Shown: piece by piece, positions 19,867 to 29,343 of the stretch
How positions within the stretch are numbered: position 1 is the first letter of the stretch
Layout of the letters: every line of letters begins with the position of its first letter
Origin: a virus
DNA length: 64,000 nt
IMG/VR virus record: IMGVR_UViG_3300029286_003689
Span: 1 to 64,000 of that record
Strand: one strand, 5' to 3'
Notes under the pieces: generated by a model
Told to the model about the DNA's origin: nothing
What the model saw: only the letters and a program-made list of their open reading frames with translations
Database searches by the model: none
Position numbers and translations under genes: made by a program

Positions 19867-21360
19867 CTATTTGTTTGCGAAGGGGTCGTAATCGTTCTTG
19901 GCGAATTGAGGCTGTTCGTTAGACTTCTTTTTAGTAATGGGAAAGGCAAAGGTAATTGCGGGAGCATCTGCCCTGCTTGGTGAAGCAAGACCCCTATCTT
20001 TCATTGTCTTTTTAGACTCAAGGACTATCTCGCCTTTTAAATTTGGATAAGATTCCGGGCCAGTTAAATCGTCAATTAACTTTTGGTCATCAGGAACACA
20101 ACCGCCTTCTTCAAGCCACTTCTTCATCTTGCCCCACATCTCAGCGCGCTTATTAGCATATCCGGGCGTTGTTGATTTAGAGCCAAAAGAACAAAGCAGC
20201 CATTGCCGATTCATCTGTTTACCAAAAGAATAAACGCCTGTGCCGTAACCTAAGTCAATAATAACTCCGTCGGCTTTCTCTCTATCTTCCCATGCGGCCA
20301 CTGCTGCCGCTATCAAAGCGTCATTGTCATTCTTCTGGAATGTTTGCAGTTGCCGATATACCAAGCCTTGTCGTATACCAATAACTATTTCATCCCCGCC
20401 AGTCCAAGCCATATCTACGCCGATTATTTTGGGAGCAAAATTATATTTATGCGCTTCTATCTGCCTGCCGCGGGCTGCCTCTGCTAAATCAGTAGGAATA
20501 AATTGCAGATCTCCAGCTTTAGGAAAAAGCCCAAGCACGTGCACACGCACCCAGTCGCTATCTATTCCTAAGTCATCAATCCACTCTCTAACCTTTTTTT
20601 GGTTAACGAGCATTGACTTACGAATATCAAGCTGCCATTGCTTCCAGCGATGCCGCATCTTTCCCCAGCATTCACGAAAGCGGCCGGTATTTCTGGTAGG
20701 GTTTCCAAAGACAAGCCACAGTATCTGAGTTCCTAAGTCAGTTAACGCACCTTCTGCTGTCTCCCATATCTTGTCAGGAATAGCTGAAGCCTCATCAAAA
20801 ACAAGGAGTATGCGCTTGCCTTTATTGTGTAAGCCGGCAAAAGCCTCAACATTATGCTCACTCCAAGGAACCTGATCTATTCTCCAGGTACGCTCATGCT
20901 CTTTGCTCTTGGCGTATATGGCTGTAGCTGTAAGTTCAAACCAGTGCTTAGCTATAAAAAGCCTGTACCATTTACTAAGTTCAGCCCACGTCTTAGTGCG
21001 CAGCTGAGTCTCTGTGTTAGCAGTAACAACTCCGCGCGTATCTTCAAAGGTCGATAAAGCCCAAAGGATAATCCAAGCAACCAGCGCGCTCTTACCAGGC
21101 CCATTACCTGAAGCCACCGAAATCTGGACAACATAGCTTACAGCTTCCTGAACCGTCTTTTTACCGGCTTGCAACTGATCCCGAATGTACTTTAAAACCT
21201 CTTCCTGCCATTTATCCGGGCCTGTGTATCCTTCAAGCTCATCTTCACCCCACCTAAAAGAAAAAAGAACCCAGCCGTACGGATCCTTTTCAAATGAAGC
21301 CATGTCTTCAACAAGCTGAAGTTCGGCTTTTATTTCTTCTTCGCGGTCGAGCTCTGGCAT
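19867..21360 (-). CDS. terL: Terminase large subunit
   Basis: Walker A SGNGPGKS, Walker B LLVFDEAS, FGNPTR, nuclease GVDMA and SRADA. Confidence 0.92.
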   Translation of the reverse strand: MPELDREEEIKAELQLVEDMASFEKDPYGWVLFSFRWGEDELEGYTGPDKWQEEVLKYIRDQLQAGKKTVQEAVSYVVQISVASGNGPGKSALVAWIILWALSTFEDTRGVVTANTETQLRTKTWAELSKWYRLFIAKHWFELTATAIYAKSKEHERTWRIDQVPWSEHNVEAFAGLHNKGKRILLVFDEASAIPDKIWETAEGALTDLGTQILWLVFGNPTRNTGRFRECWGKMRHRWKQWQLDIRKSMLVNQKKVREWIDDLGIDSDWVRVHVLGLFPKAGDLQFIPTDLAEAARGRQIEAHKYNFAPKIIGVDMAWTGGDEIVIGIRQGLVYRQLQTFQKNDNDALIAAAVAAWEDREKADGVIIDLGYGTGVYSFGKQMNRQWLLCSFGSKSTTPGYANKRAEMWGKMKKWLEEGGCVPDDQKLIDDLTGPESYPNLKGEIVLESKKTMKDRGLASPSRADAPAITFAFPITKKKSNEQPQFAKNDYDPFANK

Positions 21361-21920
21361 GTTCTTTGCCTTGCTTTCTTTAATTGTTCTGCGAGATTTT
21401 CTAAGCCTCTGTGTTCAGTGATATCGGTGAACATTTTTAAATGTTTACCCAAGAGTTCTTGAGCCCTCAGTCTATCAACAACCTTTATTGTTTTTGCCGT
21501 ACCGATATGCTCACGGTCTTTACCATAACCATCAAACAATTCTTCTGTTTTTATTTCTGATATTACTTTTGCAAGAGGCTCAGGCATATCCTTAACCGGT
21601 AGAAGATTACCGTCTTCATCATAAGCCATCCTGATATCGATTTCCGCCGCTTTTAATAAACCCCTTAAAATCCTGTTTACATCAAGCTTAACGACTTTGA
21701 AGCGCTCTTCCAGTAATTCATTGATTCTTCCTCTAATCATAACATTTGTTAACAGCCGGGAAGCCTGCGCTTGCGCTGTGTGCGCTGAATACCTTGCTCT
21801 TATGGCTGCTTGCGTACCGTTATAATCTTTAATATACTGCAAGCAAAAATCCTCTTGCTGTGCTGAAAGAGGACGGGCTTTTTCTTTTTTTTGTTTTTTA
21901 TCTTTAAGTTCTTTGCTCAT
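21330..21920 (-). CDS. terS: Terminase small subunit
   Basis: FCLQYIKDYNGTQAAIRARYS...ASRLL, ELLGKHLKMF. Confidence 0.9.
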   Translation of the reverse strand: MSKELKDKKQKKEKARPLSAQQEDFCLQYIKDYNGTQAAIRARYSAHTAQAQASRLLTNVMIRGRINELLEERFKVVKLDVNRILRGLLKAAEIDIRMAYDEDGNLLPVKDMPEPLAKVISEIKTEELFDGYGKDREHIGTAKTIKVVDRLRAQELLGKHLKMFTDITEHRGLENLAEQLKKARQRTCQSSTAKKK

Positions 21921-22120
21921 GGTTTAAACATCCTTATACTTTCAATGAGAGGTATCCCGTTACACTTAACGCTCTCGCCAATCTCATTATTATAAAAATA
22001 AGCTCGTTTTGCTTTTAAATTACCTTCTTCAATCTTAAAACCAACAACTACTGAAAACCCCCTTAGTATAGCTACACATGCCTTAATACGATTTATTAAC
22101 CTTCCCCGGTGGTTACCCAT
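21917..22120 (-). CDS. Hypothetical protein
   Basis: Overlaps terS start (ATGA). Confidence 0.45.
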   Translation of the reverse strand: MGNHRGRLINRIKACVAILRGFSVVVGFKIEEGNLKAKRAYFYNNEIGESVKCNGIPLIESIRMFKP

Positions 22121-22297
22121 CTACCCCTCGCGCTTACTAAGGCGTAAGCTAATCCGGGCTATTTTGAGTTCACGCTTGGCTACCGCCAACATCATCTTCG
22201 TATATATGATCTCAAAATAATCGCCTACCGCTAACCTTACTATTTCCTCTCCAACTGCTATCATTCTTCCCCTCCCGTTAATCTCGGCTTATCATAA

Positions 22298-22316
22298 ACT
22301 TGTCATTTTGTCAAGT
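22298..22316. promoter_or_regulatory. 19-bp quasi-palindromic operator-like site, identical to 19847-19865
   Basis: ACTTGTCATTTTGTCAAGT exact repeat. Confidence 0.65.
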
Positions 22317-22319
22317 TGT

Positions 22320-22739
22320 TTACGCGACATCCAATCTTATAAGTTCTCTTTCAATTACGCTTAGATATAAATTCTGCCACGCCAATGCCTCTCTCTTCTG
22401 AAAATTCTTGCAGTTAGAAATATAACTCATATATGGCCACTCATCTTTGACATAAGCCAAGCCAAACGGTTTTGGGATTTCCTCTTTTTTTATTAGGCCT
22501 TCAGGACAAACTATACAGAGAGAAGAAAGAAACTTTGAATATTCTTGCCATTTACAGTCTTGTAAAAAATCGGCGCGAGACACTTTTATTTCAAAGCCCC
22601 TAAGCCAACGATGTTCCGTATCCACAAGCATAGCGTCAATCCTTAAAGATCCATAAGTATACTCAGGAACCAAAATCTGTCCCCAATGGCAGGCCTCAAA
22701 TTTCTTTTTCATTAACCCATAAACTTCTTCAGAGGTCAT
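22320..22739 (-). CDS. MmcB-like PD-(D/E)xK nuclease
   Basis: RIDAM...GFEIKVSRADFLQD.KW..Y. Confidence 0.7.
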   Translation of the reverse strand: MTSEEVYGLMKKKFEACHWGQILVPEYTYGSLRIDAMLVDTEHRWLRGFEIKVSRADFLQDCKWQEYSKFLSSLCIVCPEGLIKKEEIPKPFGLAYVKDEWPYMSYISNCKNFQKREALAWQNLYLSVIERELIRLDVA

Positions 22740-22945
22740 ACTTCTACCTCTTTCTTTTTTTTAAATTCAATCTTCTTCCAAGCAGGGGGAAAAGGAGACA
22801 TAAAAATCACTGTTCCTTTTTCAATCCGCTCACACCTTTCGCAATACCGTGTCATATCCGCAAAGAGGAGATCAAGCTCAAGAAACCCGGAAGGAGTTGT
22901 TTTGTATTTCCATCTATGCAGGCCCAGCTTACAGAGTAAGCTCAT
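22736..22945 (-). CDS. DUF1660-like small Cys/His phage protein
   Basis: LLCKLGLHRW...CERC. Confidence 0.55.
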   Translation of the reverse strand: MSLLCKLGLHRWKYKTTPSGFLELDLLFADMTRYCERCERIEKGTVIFMSPFPPAWKKIEFKKKKEVEV

Positions 22946-23295
22946 TTTCTTCTTCTCCTTAAAAGCTCCTCTACAGCATCGCTTCCGCCTAAAAACATAT
23001 CTATAGAGACGCCGAGAGAAACTGCTTCTTTGATTCTCTTACGAACTTCTGGCTTTCTTAGTTCTTTATTCACGAGCTGCTCAGTTTCTTTTAGCCACTT
23101 CCTAACCTTGGAAGATTTAAGCAGCTTCCTGTGTGGTTCTTTAATACTTAACCCGACCTGTAACACTGGTAACTCCGAAGATATTATTTTTAATTTTTCC
23201 ATCGCTCCCCCTTTATAATAATCACACTCAAAAACCTCAGTGTCGGATTCTTTGCATAGCTTCTTAAAAATACAGGTCTCGCAAAGACTTTTCAT
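22942..23295 (-). CDS. Hypothetical protein
   Basis: ORF with overlapping start and stop in operon. Confidence 0.45.
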   Translation of the reverse strand: MKSLCETCIFKKLCKESDTEVFECDYYKGGAMEKLKIISSELPVLQVGLSIKEPHRKLLKSSKVRKWLKETEQLVNKELRKPEVRKRIKEAVSLGVSIDMFLGGSDAVEELLRRRRK

Positions 23296-23843
23296 TTCAG
23301 TACCTCATCAATATTGATATCACTCTCTACTTCATTGCCCCAGGCGTCCCAACCAATCGCTCTCTCACGTGCGAAAAGTTCAATTTTACTAATACCCCCC
23401 CCCAGCAAAGAAACAATCTTATCGCGCGCCTCTTCCGGTTTTTGGCTATGTTTCCTGAGTGGGGATGCTATTATTTGAGAAACTGAGTTGTCTACTCTCC
23501 GGGGGTGTCCTTTGGTAGCCAATAGGCAAGGCTCTGTGTTTCCCCGGGTCCACCGGCCTAAGCCAAAAAAGTATTTACCGTTTTTCTTATTGAGCTTTAC
23601 CCATTGGAAAGCGATTGTTTTATATTTGAATCCCCAAGCGCTTATTACTTCCAAGGCTTCTTTGAGCATCGGATAAGTAGCCCAAAGAAATAAAACAGCA
23701 TCCTCCGAAGTAATATCTTTTACCGGGAGTGCTTTAATATCCTCTAAGCGCATCCCCTTGTAGTGATTAGCCATAGTCCCCTGGCAACCTTGATCTTGAT
23801 AATTCCAAGGTGGATCAGCATATATAATTTGGTATTTTTTCAT
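23292..23843 (-). CDS. MT-A70 family adenine methyltransferase
   Basis: IIYADPPW, LFLWAT, HSQKP, IELFAR, GWDAWGNE. Confidence 0.9.
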   Translation of the reverse strand: MKKYQIIYADPPWNYQDQGCQGTMANHYKGMRLEDIKALPVKDITSEDAVLFLWATYPMLKEALEVISAWGFKYKTIAFQWVKLNKKNGKYFFGLGRWTRGNTEPCLLATKGHPRRVDNSVSQIIASPLRKHSQKPEEARDKIVSLLGGGISKIELFARERAIGWDAWGNEVESDINIDEVLK

Positions 23844-24151
23844 AGATATTTAATTTTTATTCCTAACTCTTTAGCTCTCGTTATCTCTGCCCGCGTTCCT
23901 TTGCTATTTTCGCTATTAGGTAACACCCAAACCTCATCCGATACCTCAAGCCAAGCCATAGAATAACGGTAATAATCTTCAATGGTTAATGTCTTGTCAA
24001 AAAAGTGAAATTGGTAATCAAGCCACGGACAAAAAGGAGCATCCCCTTGTTTTAAAACTTCAACACTTTTTTTTATCCCGTCGTGGATATTGCTGAGACA
24101 GCCTAAAATATTATCTGCACTATACTTACCTGCAATGTAAATTCTTTTCAT
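23840..24151 (-). CDS. DUF4406/DUF1937-like nucleoside deoxyribosyltransferase-fold protein
   Basis: IYIAGKYS...SKGTRAEI. Confidence 0.7.
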   Translation of the reverse strand: MKRIYIAGKYSADNILGCLSNIHDGIKKSVEVLKQGDAPFCPWLDYQFHFFDKTLTIEDYYRYSMAWLEVSDEVWVLPNSENSKGTRAEITRAKELGIKIKYL

Positions 24152-24177
24152 ACTATCTACCTTTTTTAAGGCCTCCT

Positions 24178-24417
24178 TTATCCGTATTGTCTCTTCTCGT
24201 AATCACCACCACCCGCGGCTTTCCGATAGATATTTTCAGTGGCTGTAGACTGCTTATAACTTAAGGGCTTATTCGGATCTCTTTGCGCCAATGTCAATAT
24301 GCTCAAGATAAAACCCTTTTCCCAGTCATTAGCCTTATAGCCTAAATCTTTAACCTGCTTAAGTAAAATTATAGCTTCTTTGCATAGCATATTAGTGCAT
24401 GCTCCCAGCTGCGCCAT
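24178..24417 (-). CDS. Hypothetical protein, homologue of 63412..63630
   Basis: N.WE..F..SI...LS.KQ...YRK..GGG shared. Confidence 0.6.
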   Translation of the reverse strand: MAQLGACTNMLCKEAIILLKQVKDLGYKANDWEKGFILSILTLAQRDPNKPLSYKQSTATENIYRKAAGGGDYEKRQYG

Positions 24418-24561
24418 ATCCTGCGCGCTTGCCCTGTCTTATCCCAGCCGTTTGTTTTTTCTTATACTGATTTTCGCATTTCTTAGGCGCAGGACAAAAC
24501 AACAATCCTTCACTTATTTGCCGGCCACAATTCCAACAAAAACCCGTAGGTTCTAAAGCCA

Positions 24562-24831
24562 TTATCTAATTACCACGGCTATCCGGGCCTCTGGCAGCGC
24601 AAAATAATGCTCTTTGTCGTAGTCAAACTCAGTTGAAGCTGGCGCGGATATGATTATCTGATCGTTACGCTTAATGCCACTTTTGCACTGCGCGCCTACA
24701 TCTATAACCCGAAATACTGAACCGGATTTAATTACCCCCTTAGCGATATCCGGTACTACTATTTGCCCACCTTCTTCTTCAATCAGCTGCACAATTACAA
24801 ATTCACCTATTGCTTTTGGTCTTTTGCTCAC
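24562..24831 (-). CDS. GroES/Cpn10-like co-chaperonin
   Basis: KAIGEFVIV...GGQIVVPD...VIDVG...IKRND...E..I pattern, 89 aa. Confidence 0.7.
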   Translation of the reverse strand: MSKRPKAIGEFVIVQLIEEEGGQIVVPDIAKGVIKSGSVFRVIDVGAQCKSGIKRNDQIIISAPASTEFDYDKEHYFALPEARIAVVIR

Positions 24832-24848
24832 TTGATACTCCTTTCTGT

Positions 24849-25715
24849 TTAGTTAAACAATCTCTTGAATGCGCTATGATGTTTAATTTGTGGCCAATTA
24901 TTCTTAGCTCTCGTATTGATAATTGCCGGTCGACTCCAAGCACACGCAAATAACTTATATTCCTGGGAATATTTTATCTTCCCCTCTGGATCCCGGTAGA
25001 GCTGCGCGAAAGGAGTAGCCCCGGCTTCATAGATCCTCCGACACCTGTTTTCTTCTTTCTGCATATCTTTTCCAACCACCGTATAGCAATATATTTTATG
25101 TTGATTGAAACCTGCCTCATTCAATATAGCCACGGCGTCCTCTAAAACCCCTATTTCCTTTGTATTATCACAAGCAAGAAAAATCTGCTCTATGCTCAAA
25201 CCTTTAATTGCAGAGGCAAATTTCTTAGTCAAAAGGTATTTATCTAACCCGCCCGCAAATTTTATTCTGTGTTGGGTTTCAAGCATGCTTAAAACTTTCC
25301 CTATATGATTATCGCTACACTGGATAAAATTATTGTCTTGTAGTATGTTTCCAGCGGGAAAATCGTCAAACTCTATTATCCCTTTACTCACACGACAGTT
25401 TTTGCAATAGCCAGGGCCCCAACCTACCTTGTCACAACCGCGTGAAGTTATCGTTATACCTTGTTTCAGAAACTTCCCAGCTGAAAAAGGTTCCCTACTC
25501 TCTCCATCTATGGCAGGGCCACCTATTTTCACAGTTGAAGCATTATTTTTCCACGCCTCAGCTAATCTCTGAGCCTTAACTTTATCCCATGTAAAAGCTA
25601 CTGAAATAAGAGCAAAATCGTAATAAGGAGTAAAGAGCCCTGGCTCATCAAAATAAGCATCCTGATCAGTAGGAGAAAACTTAGTTTTGCTTGGGAATAT
25701 CCGTGCAACCTTCAA
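24849..25715 (-). CDS. Radical-SAM-like protein with CX9CX2C motif
   Basis: GGPA, TSRGC-X9-CKNC, DNNF, PFAQLY. Confidence 0.65.
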   Translation of the reverse strand: MKVARIFPSKTKFSPTDQDAYFDEPGLFTPYYDFALISVAFTWDKVKAQRLAEAWKNNASTVKIGGPAIDGESREPFSAGKFLKQGITITSRGCDKVGWGPGYCKNCRVSKGIIEFDDFPAGNILQDNNFIQCSDNHIGKVLSMLETQHRIKFAGGLDKYLLTKKFASAIKGLSIEQIFLACDNTKEIGVLEDAVAILNEAGFNQHKIYCYTVVGKDMQKEENRCRRIYEAGATPFAQLYRDPEGKIKYSQEYKLFACAWSRPAIINTRAKNNWPQIKHHSAFKRLFN

Positions 25716-27274
25716 TTTAATAACTCCTTACATAGCGCTTTCGCGAGCTCAACCGGAACGGCATTGCCTATCTGCTTAACCTGCTCTTCTCTGTTGCCTT
25801 CAAATTTATAGTCATCTCCGAAGGACATTGCACGCGCCAACTCGTGAGGTTTAAGCATGCGGAAATGAATATCCAGTTTTTTCCCGTTAATTATTGGTTG
25901 AATTAAAGATATTGCTCCGGCTCCCGCTACTGTCATAATTGGTTTGTCTACTGACCGGGGAGCTGAGCAACTTTGTTGACCTAAAACGAAAGGCTCGCAT
26001 AAAGCAAATTCTTCTTTAGTGCAAAGTGTAGGAACTGGGGAGTCTATGGAACGGATGCGTTTTCCTCCTCCGGTTTGAGTTATCCCTACTAAGAAAGGTT
26101 GTACTAAGGCCCCTGCCCCATGCCCCGTAACCGCAGGAAGCGGTTTATTTATACTACGACAACGTGGATGTTGTCCTTTGCGTTCAGTAAAATTAGGAAC
26201 AATAAACGGTTCGCATACTGCAAACCTATCTTTTGTGGTAACTGTGGGCGTTGGTTTATCAATTGAATGGGCCTTGCCGTTGCCATAATATTCCACAAGA
26301 AACGGACTACAAACTCCGAAATGTTCTTTTGTAGTTTGAGCCGGCAATGGCTCTTTAACTGAAACCGGCTTACTATTGCGATTGAACTGGACAATAAAAG
26401 GCTCACAAAGTGCAGCGTGATTCCCACTGGTAGTAACTGTAGGCATTGGACGGTTTATTGAACGGGCATCATTCGTTCCGTAAAGCATTACCAAAAAAGG
26501 CTCAAGCTCTTTACTGGAGAATTTTCTTAAGCCAGCATAAATCCTATTCATAGTATTCTGACTTAAGGGTTTCTTTCGGGAGAATATACTCTGCCCTGGA
26601 ATACTCCAGTCTATGATTTCCCGCGCCGTTCTCCAAGGCTTAGTCTTACCAAACAAATTACTGCTGCCGTCAGGCGTATGCGTAGGATCCGGCCAGTTGA
26701 TTTTCCTATTTCCTCTCCGGGCAATAATAAATAGCCTTTCGCGCGTGGTAGGATCCCCGTAGTAAGCTGCATTAAGTACCCGAAAATCTACCTTGTAGCC
26801 TAAAGACTCTAAAGCAATTATAAATGCCCGGAAAGTTTCGCCCTTACGGCTTTTCATTGGACGTCCGCGCTTATCGAGGGGCCCCCAAGACTGAAACTCC
26901 TTGACGTTTTCTATAAGAATGTTCTCAATGTATAAAGCTTCAGCCCAGCGCACAATCTGCCAGGCTGACGCCCTGGATTGATCAGAACACGGCTTCCCAC
27001 CGCGGGCGTTAGAGTGATGGGTACATTCTGGGGAAGCAACGAGTATTCCTAAGCGACCGCCAGGAACAACTTTTCTGGGATTGACGTTGTCTATATTCTC
27101 GCAAATATGCTTTGCGTAAGAATGATTAGCTGAATGTGTAGCAATAGCAATCCCCCAATGATTGATAGCAATAAGCTTAAGTATAAGCCCTAAAGATTCA
27201 CATGCTTTTTTAAGCCCGGTTGAAGTGCCACCGCCGCCGCAAAAAAGATCAACTGCAAGGATAGTTTTATCCAT
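25712..27274 (-). CDS. C5 cytosine DNA methyltransferase with repetitive variable region
   Basis: DLFCGGGG, SPEC, ENV, RERLF, QIGNAV; about 6 S(I/V)xxPxPT-type repeats. Confidence 0.92.
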   Translation of the reverse strand: MDKTILAVDLFCGGGGTSTGLKKACESLGLILKLIAINHWGIAIATHSANHSYAKHICENIDNVNPRKVVPGGRLGILVASPECTHHSNARGGKPCSDQSRASAWQIVRWAEALYIENILIENVKEFQSWGPLDKRGRPMKSRKGETFRAFIIALESLGYKVDFRVLNAAYYGDPTTRERLFIIARRGNRKINWPDPTHTPDGSSNLFGKTKPWRTAREIIDWSIPGQSIFSRKKPLSQNTMNRIYAGLRKFSSKELEPFLVMLYGTNDARSINRPMPTVTTSGNHAALCEPFIVQFNRNSKPVSVKEPLPAQTTKEHFGVCSPFLVEYYGNGKAHSIDKPTPTVTTKDRFAVCEPFIVPNFTERKGQHPRCRSINKPLPAVTGHGAGALVQPFLVGITQTGGGKRIRSIDSPVPTLCTKEEFALCEPFVLGQQSCSAPRSVDKPIMTVAGAGAISLIQPIINGKKLDIHFRMLKPHELARAMSFGDDYKFEGNREEQVKQIGNAVPVELAKALCKELLN

Positions 27275-27436
27275 TAAGACGCTTCTCCCCTGTTAATTTC
27301 TTTAGCCTTTGATAATTCCTGCGTGCCTTGCTGGCATGGATCTCGCCTGTTGAACCGTTTTTATAATACTCTCCTGTGGTAGTTGGAATACCGCGTAAAA
27401 ACAAACTCTTCCTAATCTTCTTTGCTCTCCTATGGC

Positions 27437-28000
27437 TCATTTTTTCTCCTCAGCTTTCTCTTGAAGTGTGGCTATCTCGTCGCAAAAATACATAAGCTTA
27501 ACGATAGGATAATGAAACCAAGCATTAGCCATTCCTTCATTTCTCAGGTTATACTCACCCTTGTGCTCTTGCCCTGGATCCTGAAACTCCACTAAGCCAT
27601 ATACTCCCATGTGATAGAGAATCATCTTCTCTTCCAATTCGGTAAGCTCTATAAACTTCTTAATTCTCTCCAGCGATAACTTAGCATGGCCTGCAGGCTG
27701 CATTTTGTTAAAAGAATACGGTTTCTCTTTCCCAATATAGGCCCCTATCTTACAGACATCATGAAGCAGGGTGGCAATGACAACCGAATACACCGGGACT
27801 TCTAAATGAAGTGCATCAATAAATCTTCTAAGGTTCTTGAGTACGTTGAGTGAATGGGTAGCTAAGCCTCCTGAATAACAGCCGTGAAATCTTGTAGAGG
27901 CAGGGGATTCAAAAAACCCATCTTTAATAAGCCACTCTATCAGCTTATCCATGCCTTCCCGCTTAGTTAACTCCAGTAGCTTAATGATCTCTTCCTTCAC
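27437..28000 (-). CDS. HD-domain phosphohydrolase
   Basis: PASTRFH...GGLATHS...LLHDVCK. Confidence 0.85.
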   Translation of the reverse strand: MKEEIIKLLELTKREGMDKLIEWLIKDGFFESPASTRFHGCYSGGLATHSLNVLKNLRRFIDALHLEVPVYSVVIATLLHDVCKIGAYIGKEKPYSFNKMQPAGHAKLSLERIKKFIELTELEEKMILYHMGVYGLVEFQDPGQEHKGEYNLRNEGMANAWFHYPIVKLMYFCDEIATLQEKAEEKK

Positions 28001-28795
28001 TTAACCCTCCTTGTTTAGAATTATGATTTTAGTATTAACCTTAGTCCCGCTTTCTTCAAAAGAGCAGTCCGGCAAATCAATTACCTCGCTTATCAAAGAC
28101 TGTACTGCTCTGTATTTTTTCTGCAATTTCTCTGTTATCATTGAAGGCGCCACCGCAACAATACGCCCACTCTTTTTAAGCAGAGAATAAGCGTGAAGAA
28201 TATGGCTTACATCTTGCCCAGAGGTAAAAGGCGGATTCATTATAATCCTATCAAACTTCTTCTCTGTATAAGTCAAGAAATCCTGACAGATAGGAGCAAA
28301 GCCTAATGCTTTTAATTTGGCGCACTTCTCATTATCCACTTCAATAAGAGTGCTTCCTTTGGGAAGATATTTTGCTATTGCTCCATGCCCAGCGCTTGGT
28401 TCAAGAACGTCATCGCCCTCTAAGATTTCAGCAAGATTTATCAGTTCCATAGCCACTTCATCAGGAGTTTCAAAAAACTGGTAAGTCTTTTTCTTGTCAA
28501 TTACCCTACCTTCTTCTAAGACTTCTTTTAATTGTGAGGCTATGCTATCTTGAAAAATATGACACTTAGCGGAGCGATTCCACTTACCGCCGAGCAATTC
28601 GAGTATTTTATTAACTTCTAAATACATTTTTCTATCAAGCTGTTGTGGCGGTAAATAATAATTACTGCCTGAAACCTTACCTGCTTTTAAGACCAATTTT
28701 ACTTCTGTTGATATTTCAACATTAAATATTTTCACCCTTCTCTCCTTATTGTTTGGCAAACTTCGCAGCTGTCCGGGTAATAAAGATGATCGCAA
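28001..28795 (-). CDS. Amino-methyltransferase (N6-adenine type); true start probably near 28735
   Basis: FFETP, VLEPSAGHG, IIMNPPF. Confidence 0.8.
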   Translation of the reverse strand: MRSSLLPGQLRSLPNNKERRVKIFNVEISTEVKLVLKAGKVSGSNYYLPPQQLDRKMYLEVNKILELLGGKWNRSAKCHIFQDSIASQLKEVLEEGRVIDKKKTYQFFETPDEVAMELINLAEILEGDDVLEPSAGHGAIAKYLPKGSTLIEVDNEKCAKLKALGFAPICQDFLTYTEKKFDRIIMNPPFTSGQDVSHILHAYSLLKKSGRIVAVAPSMITEKLQKKYRAVQSLISEVIDLPDCSFEESGTKVNTKIIILNKEG

Positions 28796-29343
28796 TATCC
28801 TGATGGATTGCGGATAGCTTTATCCAGAAAACAATGCGGGCAGGTTTGCTCTGGTGTTGGCCGCTTAATCTGTCCCAAGAGATAACGGCTTGTCTCTTTT
28901 TCTAAGTATTCTCTTGCTTCGGGGAAATCAAATTTTCCAGGTACAATAATTGCGTAAAAACCGCGTTTTAATAATTCATCTCTCCATTTTTTTTGTTCTT
29001 CACTGGGAGAAGATTTGACCTTCAACTCCGTAAACATACCGTGCCAACCGGCGCGCGGCTCCAAGATAGTCACATCAGGATAACCTGCCTTATACCCCAT
29101 ACGCTTAAGCTTGATAGCTACGCCCCTGCTTAATTTCATGCCTTGAGTAGAAGCGCAAAATAAAATACTCCAAGAATTCAATAAAAATACATACCACTCT
29201 TGGAGCGTCTGTTCTTCATGCTTGCGAATAAGTACTCTTTCTTCTCCGCCAAATTTTCTATTGCGATATCCAAATCTTCTCATTTTATCTTCATCCCTGC
29301 CAGTAACTGCGCTATAAGTGGAGACACTGGAGTCTTCTTCCAT
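28732..29343 (-). CDS. VRR-NUC family nuclease; true start probably near 29283
   Basis: GYKAGYPDV...ELK...SEEQKKW. Confidence 0.8.
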   Translation of the reverse strand: MEEDSSVSTYSAVTGRDEDKMRRFGYRNRKFGGEERVLIRKHEEQTLQEWYVFLLNSWSILFCASTQGMKLSRGVAIKLKRMGYKAGYPDVTILEPRAGWHGMFTELKVKSSPSEEQKKWRDELLKRGFYAIIVPGKFDFPEAREYLEKETSRYLLGQIKRPTPEQTCPHCFLDKAIRNPSGYCDHLYYPDSCEVCQTIRREG

